Positions 47,001 through 60,745 of a stretch of 64,000 nt of DNA are shown in pieces. The notes beneath the pieces are model-generated. The model was not told the DNA's origin. It did no database searches and saw only the letters and a list, made by a program, of their open reading frames with translations. The position numbers were made by a program, and so were the translations under genes. Within the stretch, counting starts at the first letter, position 1. Every line of letters starts with the position of its first letter. This stretch comes from Eledone cirrhosa (Eukaryota). Location: the NCBI GenBank assembly GCA_964016885.1, contig OZ024755.1, forward strand, positions 9,362,001 through 9,426,000, in the 5' to 3' direction.

Positions 47001-50000
47001 TCCCCCATCAACTCCACCCCTTTCTCTGTAAAGTTATGTTGGTACCACAACATCCAGTCCTAAATAAATGAGGTTGTGTAGGTGTCACGACAAAAAATAC
47101 ACAGTCCACGCTGTAATGTGGCAGTGTAGGTAACACGGTAAAAACCTCCCAGTCCACACTGTAAACGTGGTTGGTGTTAGGAAGGGCATCCAGCCGTAGA
47201 AAACCTGCCAGACAGTCCCATACGAGCGAGACGACCAATCTTGCTTCAAGTAGGACAATTCCCGTCTAAACCCATGCTAGCGTGGAAGATAGACGTTAAA
47301 CGATGATGATGATGACTTTCTTCCTCTTTGCCCTCTTTTTCCTGATGGTTGTGGAGGAAGAGTCCTCAAACACTCCTTCCAGCGTGTCCTTTCAGAAGAA
47401 ACCATCTCCAACTGATCCGGTGGGATCCTCAAGCAAGACCTGCCAAGCTAATGGATGTTATCCAACCATCTTGTTCCCAGTAGAGAGAATAACAAATGAG
47501 CTACCCCAGAAGATAACTAGGGAGATGTGCTAAAAAAAGCCACTACAACTCACTGGGCTCATTCTTGCAGATGGCCAACTCCATCCCAATCAAATTATTG
47601 AAATTTGTATACTGGAAACTTTCAATATGAATATGACTTAGTTTTACTGGATCATCATCATTACTATTTTACATTATCACATTCTTAGACCAGATAGGTT
47701 GGATGACCATATCTTGCTCATACATTGGCATGGTTTCTATGGCTGGATGGCATTAACCCTTTAACATTTAAACCAGCCATATCTAGCCAGAATTCTCTCA
47801 TCTCTTTCTGTTCAAACTGACTGTAACCAACTGCTCACACTGATGTTAAGGTATTGTTCTCAAAATAAATAATGTCAAAATCTTGTGGATTCATTATTAT
47901 GTGAAGTAAATCCTTTACTATGAAAATATAATAGTATATATAAAGTAATGTAAATGCTAAAGGGTTAATCATCATCATCATTGTTTAACGTCCTTTTTCC
48001 ACACTTGGGTTAAACATCATCACCTTCTCAATGCCAATTTATATTGCTATGGTTTACAGTTTCTGATTGAAATTCCACTATGTTTACCACTCCTAAAATT
48101 ATGAATCAAACTTCCAATAGTTTTCAAATTTATTCTCTCTCGTATCTTCAGGTACTCTGTAGCAGGAATTATTTCAGATTCTAGTGAATGGAACACAGAT
48201 TTACTTCATACCTTGAATGCAACACATATTTCCCAGAAAATTATTAATACTTCATCTTCATGTGAGTCACCTACAGTACAATCAAGCTTGTTTCAGGCAG
48301 CCCACCAATCCAAATACAGACACAAGTTTTCCACAGATGATTCAGTCACACCAAACAAAGATGATTTTACACAAGACCAAATAATTTTAGATTTAAAAAG
48401 TTACTTAGATTCTGAAGAAGGAAAGTGTGAGAAAGTTAAAGGATTTGACAAAAACCTTCATTTGGTGAAAGGTAAGATCATTTCCCTCGTTTTTTTTTTT
48501 GTTTTGTTTTTTTCTGTTAAATAAATAAATAGGCCTCCACCAGTTTTGACAATGCATGTTTCAGTTGTTTGATCAACAAAACTACCAATATTTATGTTGT
48601 CTCTCTATTATTCAGTCACTGAAGGAGATGATCCAACATTGGTAATGTCACAGGCTGCTAAGCTTGACTTGTGTTCTAATAGTCTACAACAAAAGGTCAG
48701 TAGCCAAAAATATTTCTGTTTGAAGTTGTTGAATGTGTGTTTTTTTTCTCCCTCACATCATTGACGTAGTATTCCTTTAGTAGTGCACCATACAGGTACA
48801 TATTTAGTGTTTAAATTATTTGGCTGATAATCCTTATGAGTTCAATTCCTAAACCAGATGCCACATTGTGTCCTTGAACAAGACAATTTAATATTGTTCC
48901 AGTTGATTCAACTGGAAAACTATACTGGTGCCAAGCTGTACCAGCCTTGGAGAACATCGGTGCCTAAGAAAAAGGAGACTGGCCTACATAGATGACTGCT
49001 GGTCATCTACAAATGATGATGAGTGATGAAAATCTAGCGTAGAAAAGTTAATATAAAATAATAAAAGAAAGAATGAAAAAATATACCCAGTATGCTCTGT
49101 AAAACAGTTGTGCTGGTTCCACAATTAAATGCACCCAATACACTATAAAATGGTAAGTTGGTGCCACAATAAAATACACTCTGTAAAATGGTAGTGCTGG
49201 TGCCATGATAAAATCACCCAGTACATTATAAAGTGGTAGTGTTGATAGCGCCAGAAAATGCACCTGGTACACTCTATAAAGTGGTTGGCATTAGGAAGGG
49301 CATACAGCCATAGAAACCAGGCCAGAATATGGAATGTAAAAGCAAGACATGAGTCTTCAGCCAGTCTAGTATCGGACCATCATAATCTGTCCAACATTTG
49401 CCAGCATAGTAAGTGTACATAAAATGATGATAATGATGAAAATCCCTTCCAGCTAAGAGTGAAAATTTGATATAAGACAGTAAAAGAAAGTGTTTTATTG
49501 GTTGATTCAATAAACAGATAAATGTAATATAAGATTGTTTTGTTATTTCTCCTTTTTAACATAGGAAGAGCTATCTGTTAAGTGTTGTCTTCACTTAGTG
49601 TCATCTTCTGCAACATATGTACAACAACAAGTCCATCTCACTTGGAAAATCTTGTCTCAGAACTGTAAACAATTACAACAGGTAAGTAGGGTTCAGCATG
49701 TGTGTATATATATATATGAGAGAAGCTTCATCAGATTTTTTTACTGTAAAATAGTCTAAATAATAGGGCATATAAGCTCCCTTAATGGATACGATGGACA
49801 TTAGTACCTGCTTCTAACTTTTTAATAAATTTCATATCCTGCTCATTATTTTTAAACACATGTTCGTGTGCGTGTTGTATAAATTTATAAGACTTCAGAC
49901 CAAACTATCTGAAGCCATTCTCCCTGATTTTATAATTAACAAAATAATTGTTTCTACTTTTTGGCACAAGGCCAGCAATTACTCAGTACATTACTGGTAC

Positions 50001-53000
50001 TTTATTTTATCGACCCCATAAGGATGACAGGCAAAGTAAACCTCGGTGGGATTTGAACTCAGACCATAAAGGGCCGTAACTATTTGCTGGAAAACATGGC
50101 GTCCAACCCTCTACCGATACTGCCAATAATAAAAAAAAACAGGGCCTTGATGAAGTTAAAGGGCTGTGTTCTTGGCCATTTTTAAATCTGGCAGAACTCT
50201 TCCCTCTCCAGGTTTGAACACAGTCAATTTCTTCCAGAGAAGGAGGGAATTGACACCAGTACTACACAGTTGTAAGTTAAAACATTGATAATTATGTTGG
50301 TCCCATCCAACCTTCCACAAATGACATTAATCAAGACTAAATATAAAATAGAATTGTTCCACCCTTTTGATACCAAACTGCCTGAAACTGTCTTTGGTTC
50401 TGCAATTCAAAGATGTTTCTTTTAAAATGTTATATATTTATGTGAAAACTTTCCAATCATAATTTTATGTAAGAAGAAGCTCTGTTAAGTTATGTTCCAA
50501 ACACCAGCTTGAGAAGTCCTGCAAAGAACATAAGCCCTGCCCTCCTTGCTTGTCTAACTTATAAACAAAACACAAATAATACTCTGGGATTCATTCCTTT
50601 AAATCTTATTAAAATTAAGTGTTAAAAGTCTACAAAATTAACTGTTTAATAACACAACCATGTTCTTTAACCCTTTAGCATTTACATTACTCTGTATTTA
50701 CTATTGTATTTTCATGGTAAAGGCTTTATCTCACATAATATCAAATCTACAAGATTTTAATATTATTTGTTTTGAGAACAAAGCCTTAATGTCAGTATGA
50801 GTGGCCAGTTACAGCTAGTTTGAACAGAAAGAGGTGAGAGAATTCAAGCTGGATGTAGCCAGTTTAAGTAGATAACAATCTAATTTCCCTTTTGCAATAG
50901 TTTTGATGTGTCAAACATATATAACTTTGATAACTTTTAGCCAGTATTGGCCCAGGCCATGTCTAACTTAGTAGCACCTAACAGAACAATTTCTCCTCAA
51001 AATATAAGATATAATGTAAATATAATATAACACATTTAATATAATGTATTCTAAATGTAATATAATATAATGTATATGTAAATAATCTTATTTTCCCTTC
51101 AAGGCCCATCTTGTTGTTGGTGGTATCACTAAGAGAAAAACTGTCCAAGGATCTATTGATTGTGTAACAGCTAAAGAATACATCAGGTAATTATATACAC
51201 ATAAGTGTGTGTCTATATATATATACAATATATACACGTGTGTGTCTATATATATATACAATTTATGCACATAAGTGTATGTCTATATATATATATATAT
51301 AATATCTACACATGTATCTGTGTGTCTGTTCTTACTTTATGGATATTTCCTGTCTGTCAGCAAGAGTTTTAATGTTTTACACCAGTATGTATATTTTTCT
51401 GTGTGTGTTTGGGTGTGTATGGTTTTCTCTCTCTACGTGTTTCTTGGTTTTGTGTGTGTGCATGTGAGTTACAACACCCTAACCATGCGGCTATGTTCCT
51501 TCACTTTCATTAACATATTTCTAATGAAAGATGCTGCCTGTTATATTCAATTACAAGATATGTATTATAATGTTCTCTGAGTTCAAATCCTGCTTTGGCC
51601 AACTTTGCCTTTCATCCTTTCAAGCATGGCTTGGGTGAATTTTCTTGTGCCACCACTACATTCACTACCCCTAGTGAAGTTGCCTGTATCACTTTAACCC
51701 TTTTGCATTTAAACCAGCTGTATCCAGCCAGAATTCTCTCACCTCTCTCTGTTTAAACCAGCTGTAATTGACCACTCATACTAATGTTAAAGTATTGTTC
51801 TCAAAATTAATAACATCGAAATCTCATAGATTTGATATTATGTGAGGTAAAACCTTTACCGTGAAAATATGATAGTAAATATAGAGTAATGTAAATGTTA
51901 AAGGGTTAATTTCTGAGTGACTGTTCTCTTAGATGAGTTGCCTTTATTATAACTTCATGGCTACCTCTTGTAGTCTTATTTCTTGACTATTGTTTTATGT
52001 TGTGTTTAGGCTTCGTAAGATTCAGATGGAGAATGCTGCAGCCTTGAAATATGGGGAGGAATTAAACAAAGGTTGGTCACATTAGTCTCTCTTGATTTTG
52101 TTGTTGTTGCCTTTTCTTTTATTCTGTTACTTATTTCAGTAAAGGGTGCATGATTTAGTGGTTAGGAGGTTAGGCTTGTTATTGTAAAGTTATGAGTTCA
52201 ATTCCCAGAAATAGTGGCATGTTATGTCCTTGAGCAAGACATTATTTCACGTTGCTCCAGTCCACTCGGCTGGAAAAAAGGAGTTGCCATGACACTGGTG
52301 CTTCATCATTATTAAGATGTTGCTTGACAATGGTTCTTACAATAAATTATGATGGAAGGTTTAAATCTTTTTAAATACTTTAAAAAGATATAGCTTTATA
52401 TCATAGAACCAGGGGCAGTTTGATGTAGGCTGGTATCGAGAGTTAAATATTAGACAATAAGCTAAATGAAAATAAAATTTTCTTGCCTATTTCTCTTTAC
52501 AGGTATTGAATGGGACCGAATGATACAGAATCTGACCGAAGCCTGTATCAAGTTTGAAATCCTTGGCACTAACTGCCGAAACCCAGTGAGAATAACTTCT
52601 ACATTTTATAATGCCATCATTATAATTCTTATCAACATCAGCTTAAAACAACCCAAGGAGTTTTTTGTTTTTCTTTTAGTGGGATGGCTGTTTTGTTTTG
52701 TTTTTATAAAATTTTGCCTGCTATAGTCTCGGTCCCCCTTTAATATTTTAATCTTGCATCCTTTCATTTCTGATTTCAATATTTTTAGATAGAATAATTG
52801 TCAATGGTTGATTTCTTTTTATTCAACATAATATAAATAATTATTTTAACAGTCATCAAAGGGCTGGAAGTATTGACCCTTCAGTTGTATAAAAGACATG
52901 ATGGCAACCTCTCTAGTGCTGGTGTCATGATAAAATGCACTCGGTAGAATGTGGAACCATATGTAAGAAAGATTTGAATCCCCAGGCCTGTCTGTAATAA

Positions 53001-56000
53001 TCATCACCGTTTAATGTCTATTTCCTATCCTTGCATAGGTTAGATGTGTTGTTGCATACTGAGGCTAGACTGATCAGTTGACCACATCTTGCTTGACATT
53101 CCATTTTCAACTTTTATTTCTATGGCTGGATGCCCTTTCTAATGCCAACCACTACACCATGTACAAGGTGCATTTTATCATGGCATTAGCACTACCACCT
53201 TAAAAAGCTCACAATGATATATACTGTTGTAACACTTTTAGTCTCCTCTTACAACACACTGGTTCAACAGCTCACAATATACACACCATGATGGAGGTGC
53301 ATGACTTAGTGGTTAGAGCATTGGCCTTGCAATCGAAAGGTTGTGAGTTCAATTCTCAGACCGGATGATGGTGTGCCCTTGTGTAAGACACTTTATTTCA
53401 CATTGCTCCAGTTTACTCAGCTGTAGAAATGAGATGATAGGGACTGGGGTCCCTATCATTCCACTGCAAAGTGGTCGTGGAGGTGCCACTGCAAAAAAGC
53501 ACCCAGCCCACACTGTAAAGTGGACGTGTAGGCACCATGGAAAAAAAGCACCCAGCACTCACTGTAAATGAGGTTGGTGTTAGGAAAGGCATCCAGCTGT
53601 AGAAATCAAGTCAGAATCAGTTCCCATCCCACCCTTGCAAGCAGGGAAAAGCAGACGTAAAATGATGATGATGATGATGATGATACATACTGTCATTTAA
53701 ACCAGCTGTATCTGGCCAGAATTTTCTCGCCTCTTTCTCTTCAAACTGGCCACTCATACTGATGTTAAGGTATTGTTCTCTAAATGAATAATATCAAAAG
53801 CTCATAGATTCAATATTATTGTTTCTACTTTTGGCACAAGGCCAGCAATTATCCCAGTGCATTACTGGTACTCCATTTTATCAACCCCGTAAGGATGAAA
53901 GGCAAAGTTAGCCTCGGCGGAATTTGAACTCAGACTGTAAAGGGGCGTAACTCTATGCTGCAATGATTCAATATTATGCAAGATAATTATGTAAGGTAAA
54001 GCCTTTACCTTGAAAATATAATAGTACATATAGAGTAATGTAAATGCTAAAGAGTAAGGATGAAACAAAAATTATATTTTCCTTCACCAGCTCAAGTTGG
54101 ACTTGTCTGAATCATCCAAAGATATGGAAAACCATGTTGACAATTGTTCTGGTCCTTTTGTCATGTATAACTGTGCTCGACTGGCCATGTTGTTTCAGAA
54201 ATTTGAGCAAGATGTCAAAAAAGGTGAATGTGCTTTTATTACTTATCTATATGTATGTGTTGTTGTTGTTAATGTTGGTGTTGTTGCTACTGTTATTGTC
54301 ATTGTTGTTATTTACCATACTATAATAATTCTCCACTCCAGGTATTTACCCCAAGTTACCCAGTTTGTCCCAGTGTGATTTCAGTCTCCTAAAACTTGAT
54401 GTAAGTCTCGGTCATTAGACCTTTATTTGTATGTTATTGCTGTTGTTGTCAGTCCTGTAGTACATAGATGGTATATTGGTGGTATATAGTTAGTATATGG
54501 GTGGTATATAGGTAATATATTAGTGGTATATAGGTAATATATTAGTGGTATATTGGTGGTATATAGATGGATCAGTCCTGTAGTACATAGATGGTATATT
54601 GGTGGTATATAGTTAGTATACAGGTGGTATATAGGTAATATATTAGTGGTATATTGGTGGTATATAGTTAATATATTAGTGGTATATTGGTGGTATATAG
54701 GTAATATATTAGTGGTATATTGGTGGTATATAGGTAATATATTAGTGGTATATTGGTGGTACATAGATGGATCATAGAAACACTGGGTCTTTAATGATCT
54801 TATAATTTACAAAATATTATATTACTGTTAAATGTATAGTTTGAGTTATCTAAAATACCAAAAACTTAAAACAAATGCAACAGGTTTCTATTCATTGTTT
54901 CATGTCTTATCTTTTCAGGAAGAATGGACACTGCTTTATAATTTTGTGGAACCATATCCCAGTATAATACAGAGCACTGTCCCTTCTATAGGGGACAATT
55001 TGCACTTAAATATTCAAATACATAAAGTAAGTAATATAACAGTTTTATTAATAATGTTTTTTTTTCTTTTTTGTCTCTAAAGTGGTAGTAATGATGCCAT
55101 GATGAAGTATACCCATGTCTCACTTTACAGAGTGAACTAGGAACCATTAACTCTTAATGTCTTACATCACATTAAAAATTAAACCACTTTAGCAAGACTT
55201 CCTTGGAATATATAGATTAGCACTATGACTATGTCACACTAAAAATTAAACCATATTAAGGTAAAGGCTTTACCTTACATAATTATCTTGCATAATATTG
55301 AATCATTGCAGCATAGAGTTACGCCCCTTTACAGTCTGAGTTCAAATTCCGCCGAGGCTAACTTTGCCTTTCATCCTTACGGGGTTGATAAAATGGAGTA
55401 CCAGTAATGCACTGGGATAATTGCTGGCCTTGTGCCAAAAGTAGAAACAATAATATTGAATCTATGAGCTTTTGATATTATTCATTTAGAGAACAATACC
55501 TTAACATCAGTATGAGTGGCCAATTTGAAGAGAAAGAGGCGAGAAAATTCTGGCCAGATACAGCTGGTTTAAATGACAGTATGTATCATCATCATCATCA
55601 TCATCATTTTACGTCCGCTTTTCCCTGCTTGCAAGGGTGGGACGGGAACTGATTCTGACTTGATTTCTACAGCTGGATGCCTTTCCTAACACCAATATTA
55701 GCAAGACTTGGAAAGTATAAAGCATCACATAAAAAATTAAAATCTTTTACTTTAGATCACTACAAATTTTCACAAACATCTGTTCACTAATACAGATATA
55801 ATAAATATTCAAATTAACAAACCCATGAATAGATATTTTCTGCTTAATCATTACAAGATGTTACAGCTATAGGGTTAAATTGTGAATTACTAAGACTAAA
55901 GTAATAATTATAAAAATACTAATAACCAACTAAACTAAATAGTGTTAAAACTGTTTTATCTCTGAAAAATATAAAATAGAGGGTTGTCTGAAAAGTTTAT

Positions 56001-56720
56001 TAGGTTGACCAAGATACTCTCATGGACTGATCAAATGAGGTTTATGTTTCAACTTAGTCCCTGGAAAGAAACACTTCAGTTATTGATAAAGAGTTGAAAT
56101 TAATGCATGCAAGATTTCACAGCTCTAGCATCACTCCTTCATGGTCAGCCTATGAACTTTTCAACTTACTCTCTTAGCATAAATTCCTGAGAACAGTTAG
56201 CTTTATCTGAAATAAAACAAATATGAATGTTAAATTCTTTACTTCCAGGTTGCCGGCTTTCTGGTGTCATTAAGTCACTGTTTAAGTTCCTACTACAGTC
56301 GAGTACATGTTCTTGGGGTAAGTAAACTGTTTTATATCAATTTGTTTAATACCTAAGAGACCAGTTTGTAGCAAGGAACTGCAACAAAAGGTTTTAACCT
56401 TTAGCATTTACATTACTCTATATTTACTATTGTATTTTCATGGTAAAGGTTTTACCTCATATAATATCGAATCTTTGAGATTTTTATGGTATTTATTTTG
56501 AGAACAATACCTTAGTATGAGTGGCCGGTTACAGCTGGCCTTGTGCCTAAATCAGAAACCATTATTATTATTATTATTATTATTATTGTTATTATTTTAG
56601 GAACCACGTCGACACCTTCTACCTGTGATGTATGCTCGGTTACATCTTCTTGCTGCTGTACATCAAGTTATGTTAAATGGCCTTCAACTGCTCAACATTG
56701 AACCAGCTTCACAACTGTAA
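44012..56720 (+). CDS. DALRD3: DALR anticodon-binding domain-containing protein 3, 13 coding exons, ~577 aa
   Basis: Exons: 44012-44203, 45284-45591, 48152-48471, 48616-48695, 49565-49681, 51104-51186, 52010-52071, 52503-52585, 54091-54223, 54342-54400, 54919-55026, 56249-56317, 56601-56720 (1734 nt, GT-AG, phases consistent). Diagnostic motifs FVMYNCARLAMLF, EEWTLLYNF and SSYYSRVHVLGEPRRHLLPVMYARLHLL. AATAAA at 57535-57540. Confidence 0.9.
45605..47315 (+). mobile_element. 5'-truncated RTE LINE (RT, Cys/His finger, 3'UTR, (GAT)n tail) in DALRD3 intron 2
   Basis: QFGFVSGKSTTDALF, AFVDLEKAFDRVP, GVHQGSVLSPLLF, LLYADDL, CPKCKVWVHKRC..CGQC, FSYLG and RLRWYG..GRPRKT, with frameshifts and stops. 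Confidence 0.9.
53293..53685 (+). mobile_element. tRNA-derived CORE-like SINE with RTE-type 3' tail (representative copy)
   Basis: A/B boxes (TTAGTGGTTAGAG, GAGTTCAATTC), a CORE-like block TG(T)CCTTG.G.AAGACACTTTATTTCACATTGCTCCAG and a (GAT)n tail. Relatives at 1-110, 4568-4800, 17425-17600, 20833-21045, 21725-21990, 23825-24040, 33267-33558, 42950-43240, 48800-49440, 52143-52300 and 61290-61460. Confidence 0.75.
53574..55695. repeat. 438-bp inverted duplication (53574-54011 vs 55258-55695)
   Basis: Reverse-complement match with 3 mismatches seen by eye. Confidence 0.95.
54451..54772. repeat. intronic compound tandem repeat (TGGTATAT-based units)
   Basis: Repeated ATATTAGTGGTATATTGGTGGTATATAGGTA with a ~122-bp higher-order duplication. 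Confidence 0.85.
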
Positions 56721-56770
56721 TATCTTGCTGAATGTCCAATACATGTGTGTGTGTGTGTGTGTGTCTCTTT

Positions 56771-57362
56771 CTCTTACTGTCTATCTGTTTGTATATATGT
56801 ACCTCTATCTTACTGTCTATCTGTGTGTATATATGTACCTCTATCTTACTGTCTATCTGTTTGTATATATGTACCTCTATCTTACTGTCTATCTGTTTGT
56901 ATATATGTACCTCTATCTTACTGTCTATCTGTGTGTATATATGTACCTCTATCTTACTGTCTATCTGTGTGTATATATGTACCTCTATCTTACTGTCTAT
57001 CTCTGTGTGTATATGTACCTCTATCTTACTGTCTATCTGTTTGTATATATGTACCTCTATCTTACTGTCTATTTGTGTGGGTATATGTACCTCTATCTTA
57101 CTGTCTATCTGTTTGTATATATGTACCTCTATCTTACTGTCTATCTGTGTGTGTATATGTACCTCTATCTTACTGTCTATCTGTGTGTGTATATGTACCT
57201 CTATCTTACTGTCTATCTGTTTGTATATATGTACCTCTATCTTACTGTCTATCTGTGTGTGTATATGTACCTCTATCTTACTGTCTATCTGTGTGTGTAT
57301 ATGTACCTCTATCTTACTGTCTATCTGTGTGTATATATGTACCTCTATCTTACTGTCTATCA
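56771..57362 (+). repeat. 36-bp minisatellite, ~16 copies, in the DALRD3 3'UTR
   Basis: Unit CTTACTGTCTATCTGT(T/G)TGT(A/G)TATATGTACCTCTAT. Confidence 0.95.
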
Positions 57363-58709
57363 CTATGGGGGTATTTACTTACAAGTTTCAACTCTGATTT
57401 CATATGAAATTTGGAAGATCTTAACTCTTAACATCCTGCAATACTTCAGCAACAAATATCTACAGATTTGTTAAATCAAATGTTTATTGTATCTTTACTA
57501 TTGGACAGATCATTGTGAATATTTACTGTATTAAAATAAACTTTAATTTTTTAATGTGATGAAGACATAATGCTGCTTTGTAGTTTGCAAGAATGTCTTA
57601 ATGTGGTTTTATGCGGTACAGGACGTTAAAGATTAAACAGGGTTTGGTTGTTTTATTTGTTTGTTTGTTTGTTTTTTGGTGGTAGGGTGAGTAATATATG
57701 GAAATATCACATCTGACTGAAGTTTATATTGTATTTAATTAGTCGCCAGCTGTCAATTATGAGGAGTGGGGGTTAGGATGGGGGTTAGTTGTTTTATATT
57801 TTGAAATATAATTGGAATTTTTATAGTTCCTGTTGATAGTGAGTGACCAGTGATCGGTTGTGATGTGGGTGTTTAAAACAATTATAAGAATAAATGAAGC
57901 TAAACAAAGTATTAATCAATACTTTGTTTAACTTCGTTATGCTCATTAGTGAGGGGGTTGAATAGAATAAAAGTTCAAAAATTATAAATAAATTGGTGTG
58001 TAAATAAATTAAAAAATGAATTAGTAAATAGATCATTTATTAATGCATGAAAGGAAGAAAGAGATATATGTAGGAGAGGTATATAGATGCCGGTGTTTTT
58101 CCATCTTCTGAGGTACTTACCTGATTTTTTTCGCCTATTTTTGCCATTTTTATTGTTATTTATTTATTTAGTTAATTTTTCGTGATTTACTCAGTATTTC
58201 GTTAAATAATTCGTAAGTAATTTAATTCATTGTTTAATTTGTTACTTATTTCATTATTTCTTTATATTCTTTCGTTATTTATTAATTTTATATCCCGTTA
58301 TTTATTCGTTATTTAATTCGCTTCATTAATATTTCGTTATTTATTCAATTAATTTCTTCTTTTTGTTAACTCGTTATTTATTTCCTGTTTTCTTAATATG
58401 ATTCGTTATATCTTTCGTTTCTTAGTTACACTTTTAATTTGCTTTTAATTTAATTCATTCTTTATTCAATAATTTTTAATCTGGCTATCTAATCTGTTAT
58501 TCATTTTATTTCAGTATTTAATTCGTTATATATTTATATGCCCCTTGGTATATAAACATAGAGGTAATAGATTTTTTTTTAATGTATGTTTGTGTTAATA
58601 AAGAAATTTAACAAAGATATGAGGGATGGACAGCAGGAGGCTTAATTAAATACAAGATTGCAGGAACCAGTTTCAGCACTCAGTCATCAGAAGAAGGTAC
58701 GTAGGTTCA

Positions 58710-59160
58710 AAATCTTCAATTAGATTTTGTGCCTACCTTTACTTATGATCTTGAATCTTGAGTAACCACCGAAAGAATACAAGTTGCTGAAGTGGGGTTC
58801 CTCTGAAGGGTCTTTAGAGTAACGTTACTTGATAAGGTGCATAGCAACGAGATCAGAGACTCGCTCTTTATAGAGCCACTACTTCTCTAAATCGGGAGAT
58901 CACAGCTCCTATACTATGGATATGTGGTTAGAATGTCTCAGAAAAGGACGCTGGATAGATTTTACGAGAAAAGCCATCCAACAGGAGACACAGGGGTAGA
59001 CCACGAGCATGATAGTTGGCCATCATCCATGAGTTCAGTTAGTCTTGCTTGAAGATCCAGCCAGATCATTTCAAGACGGTTGCTTGAGATAAGCTTGTCT
59101 GAGCCCTCTGCCTCCACAACCCTCTCACGAAAAAAGCTGAGGATGATAATGATGATAATT
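58710..59160 (+). mobile_element. degenerate RTE (Rex3/Expander-like) LINE 3' fragment
   Basis: PTLTYDLES*VTTERIQVAEVGFL*RV..LLDKVHSNEIRDSLFIEPLLL..RGRPRA, followed by a GAT-rich tail. Confidence 0.7.
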
Positions 59161-59256
59161 ATTAGGTCATTAATACTTTGTTAAATTATTTTTATTGATT
59201 ATTTTTTCTACACAACAGATGGTATTTTAATCCGCATACACCACACCGTATGTTCA

Positions 59257-59290
<34 letters not shown>

Positions 59291-59659
59291 TGTGTGTGTG
59301 TATATGTATCTGTGTATAAGTGTGTTAGTATATATATTTATATATGTGTGTATATGTATCTGTGTATAAGTGTGTTAGTATATATATTTATATATGTGTG
59401 TGTGTGTATATGTATAAGTGTGTTAGTATATATATTTATATATGTGTGTGTGTGTGTATAAGTATATATATTTATATATATATAATGTATGTGTATGTTG
59501 AAAAGCTACCTCACCTCACCTGTAATTAATTAATTGAGAAGAGATAAGGATTATACGATAACTATTAAATATGTACTGCTAGTCACACACGTTGTCAACC
59601 ATTAGTTGATAGGTGGGCAAAAATATTTCATGTTATTTCACTTGATGTTTTATCATACC

Positions 59660-59877
59660 TATTACCAAGAGTACCCACAACCAGATGTACCCACTTCCAG
59701 GAGTACCCATTACCTGAAGTACACACAACCAGAAATACCCACTTCCAGATGTACCCATTACCAAGAGTACCCACTATCTAAGGTACCCACTACCAGAGGT
59801 ACTGACTATTTGAGGTACCCACTGCCACGAGTGCCCACTATCTGAGGTACCCACTATCAGGACTACCTATTACCTGG
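59660..59877. repeat. diverged 16-bp minisatellite (GTACCCACTACCAGAG), ~13-14 copies
   Basis: GTACCCA recurs with 16-nt spacing. Confidence 0.85.
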
Positions 59878-60251
59878 AAACATACAAGAATCACTTATAT
59901 CCGCATAGAAATTTATATAAAGGTAAGAGTTGTTATTTTGTTTGTGTTGTTTTTTCCAGAGCTGGATTTACCCTAGTGAAAATATTACAGCCAAAACAAG
60001 ACCTTTTAAAAATGTTTCCATTTACCCTAGTGAAAATATTACAACCGAAACAGCTCCTTAATTCCTCATTAACTAAATACCATTCCATTAAGAAAAGGCA
60101 TAAGTAAATATTTTGATTATATAAACATTGCATTACTATATATAAGAATAGTGGCAATTAAACCCTTTAGCATTTACATTACTCTATATATGCTATTATA
60201 GTTTCATAGTGAAGGCTTTACCTCACATAATATCTATAGATAGAGATGCCT

Positions 60252-60745
60252 ACTACAGTCAGTAGGCATCTCTATCAAAACACACCCCCGTCCCACCACC
60301 TCCACCCCACCCACACCGCCCCTTTCAATGTAAAGTTATGTTGGTCCCACAACATCCAGGCCGAAACAAATGAGATCGTGTAGGTGTCACGACAAAAAAC
60401 ACACAGTCCACGCTGTAAATGTGGCCGTGTAGGCAACACGGTAAAAACCTCCCAGCCCCACACTGTAAATGTGGTTGGTGTTAGGAAGGGCATCCAGCTG
60501 TAGAAAACCCGCCAGACAGTCCACGCTGTAATGTGGCCGTGTAGGCAACACGGTAAAAACCTCCCAGCCCCACACTGTAAATGTGGTTGGTGTTAGGAAG
60601 GGCATCCAACTGTAGAAAACCCGCCAGACAGTCCTATGCGAGCAAGACAACCACTCTTGCCTCAAGTGGGAAAACCCCCGTCCAAACCCATGCAAGCGTG
60701 GAACACGGACGCTAAACCTGATGATGATGATGATGATGATGATGA
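60252..60745 (+). mobile_element. 5'-truncated copy of the same RTE LINE 3'UTR, with an internal ~114-bp tandem duplication
   Basis: Similar to 46945-47315. Duplicated block 60403-60516/60517-60633. (GAT)n tail. Confidence 0.75.

Noticed and set aside
53293-53365. tRNA gene candidates (A/B boxes at many loci)
   Set aside because: They are SINE heads that run into SINE bodies and lack full acceptor stems.
56677-57474. Four long ORFs (220-265 aa) on both strands
   Set aside because: They arise from the stop-free 36-bp minisatellite downstream of the DALRD3 stop codon.
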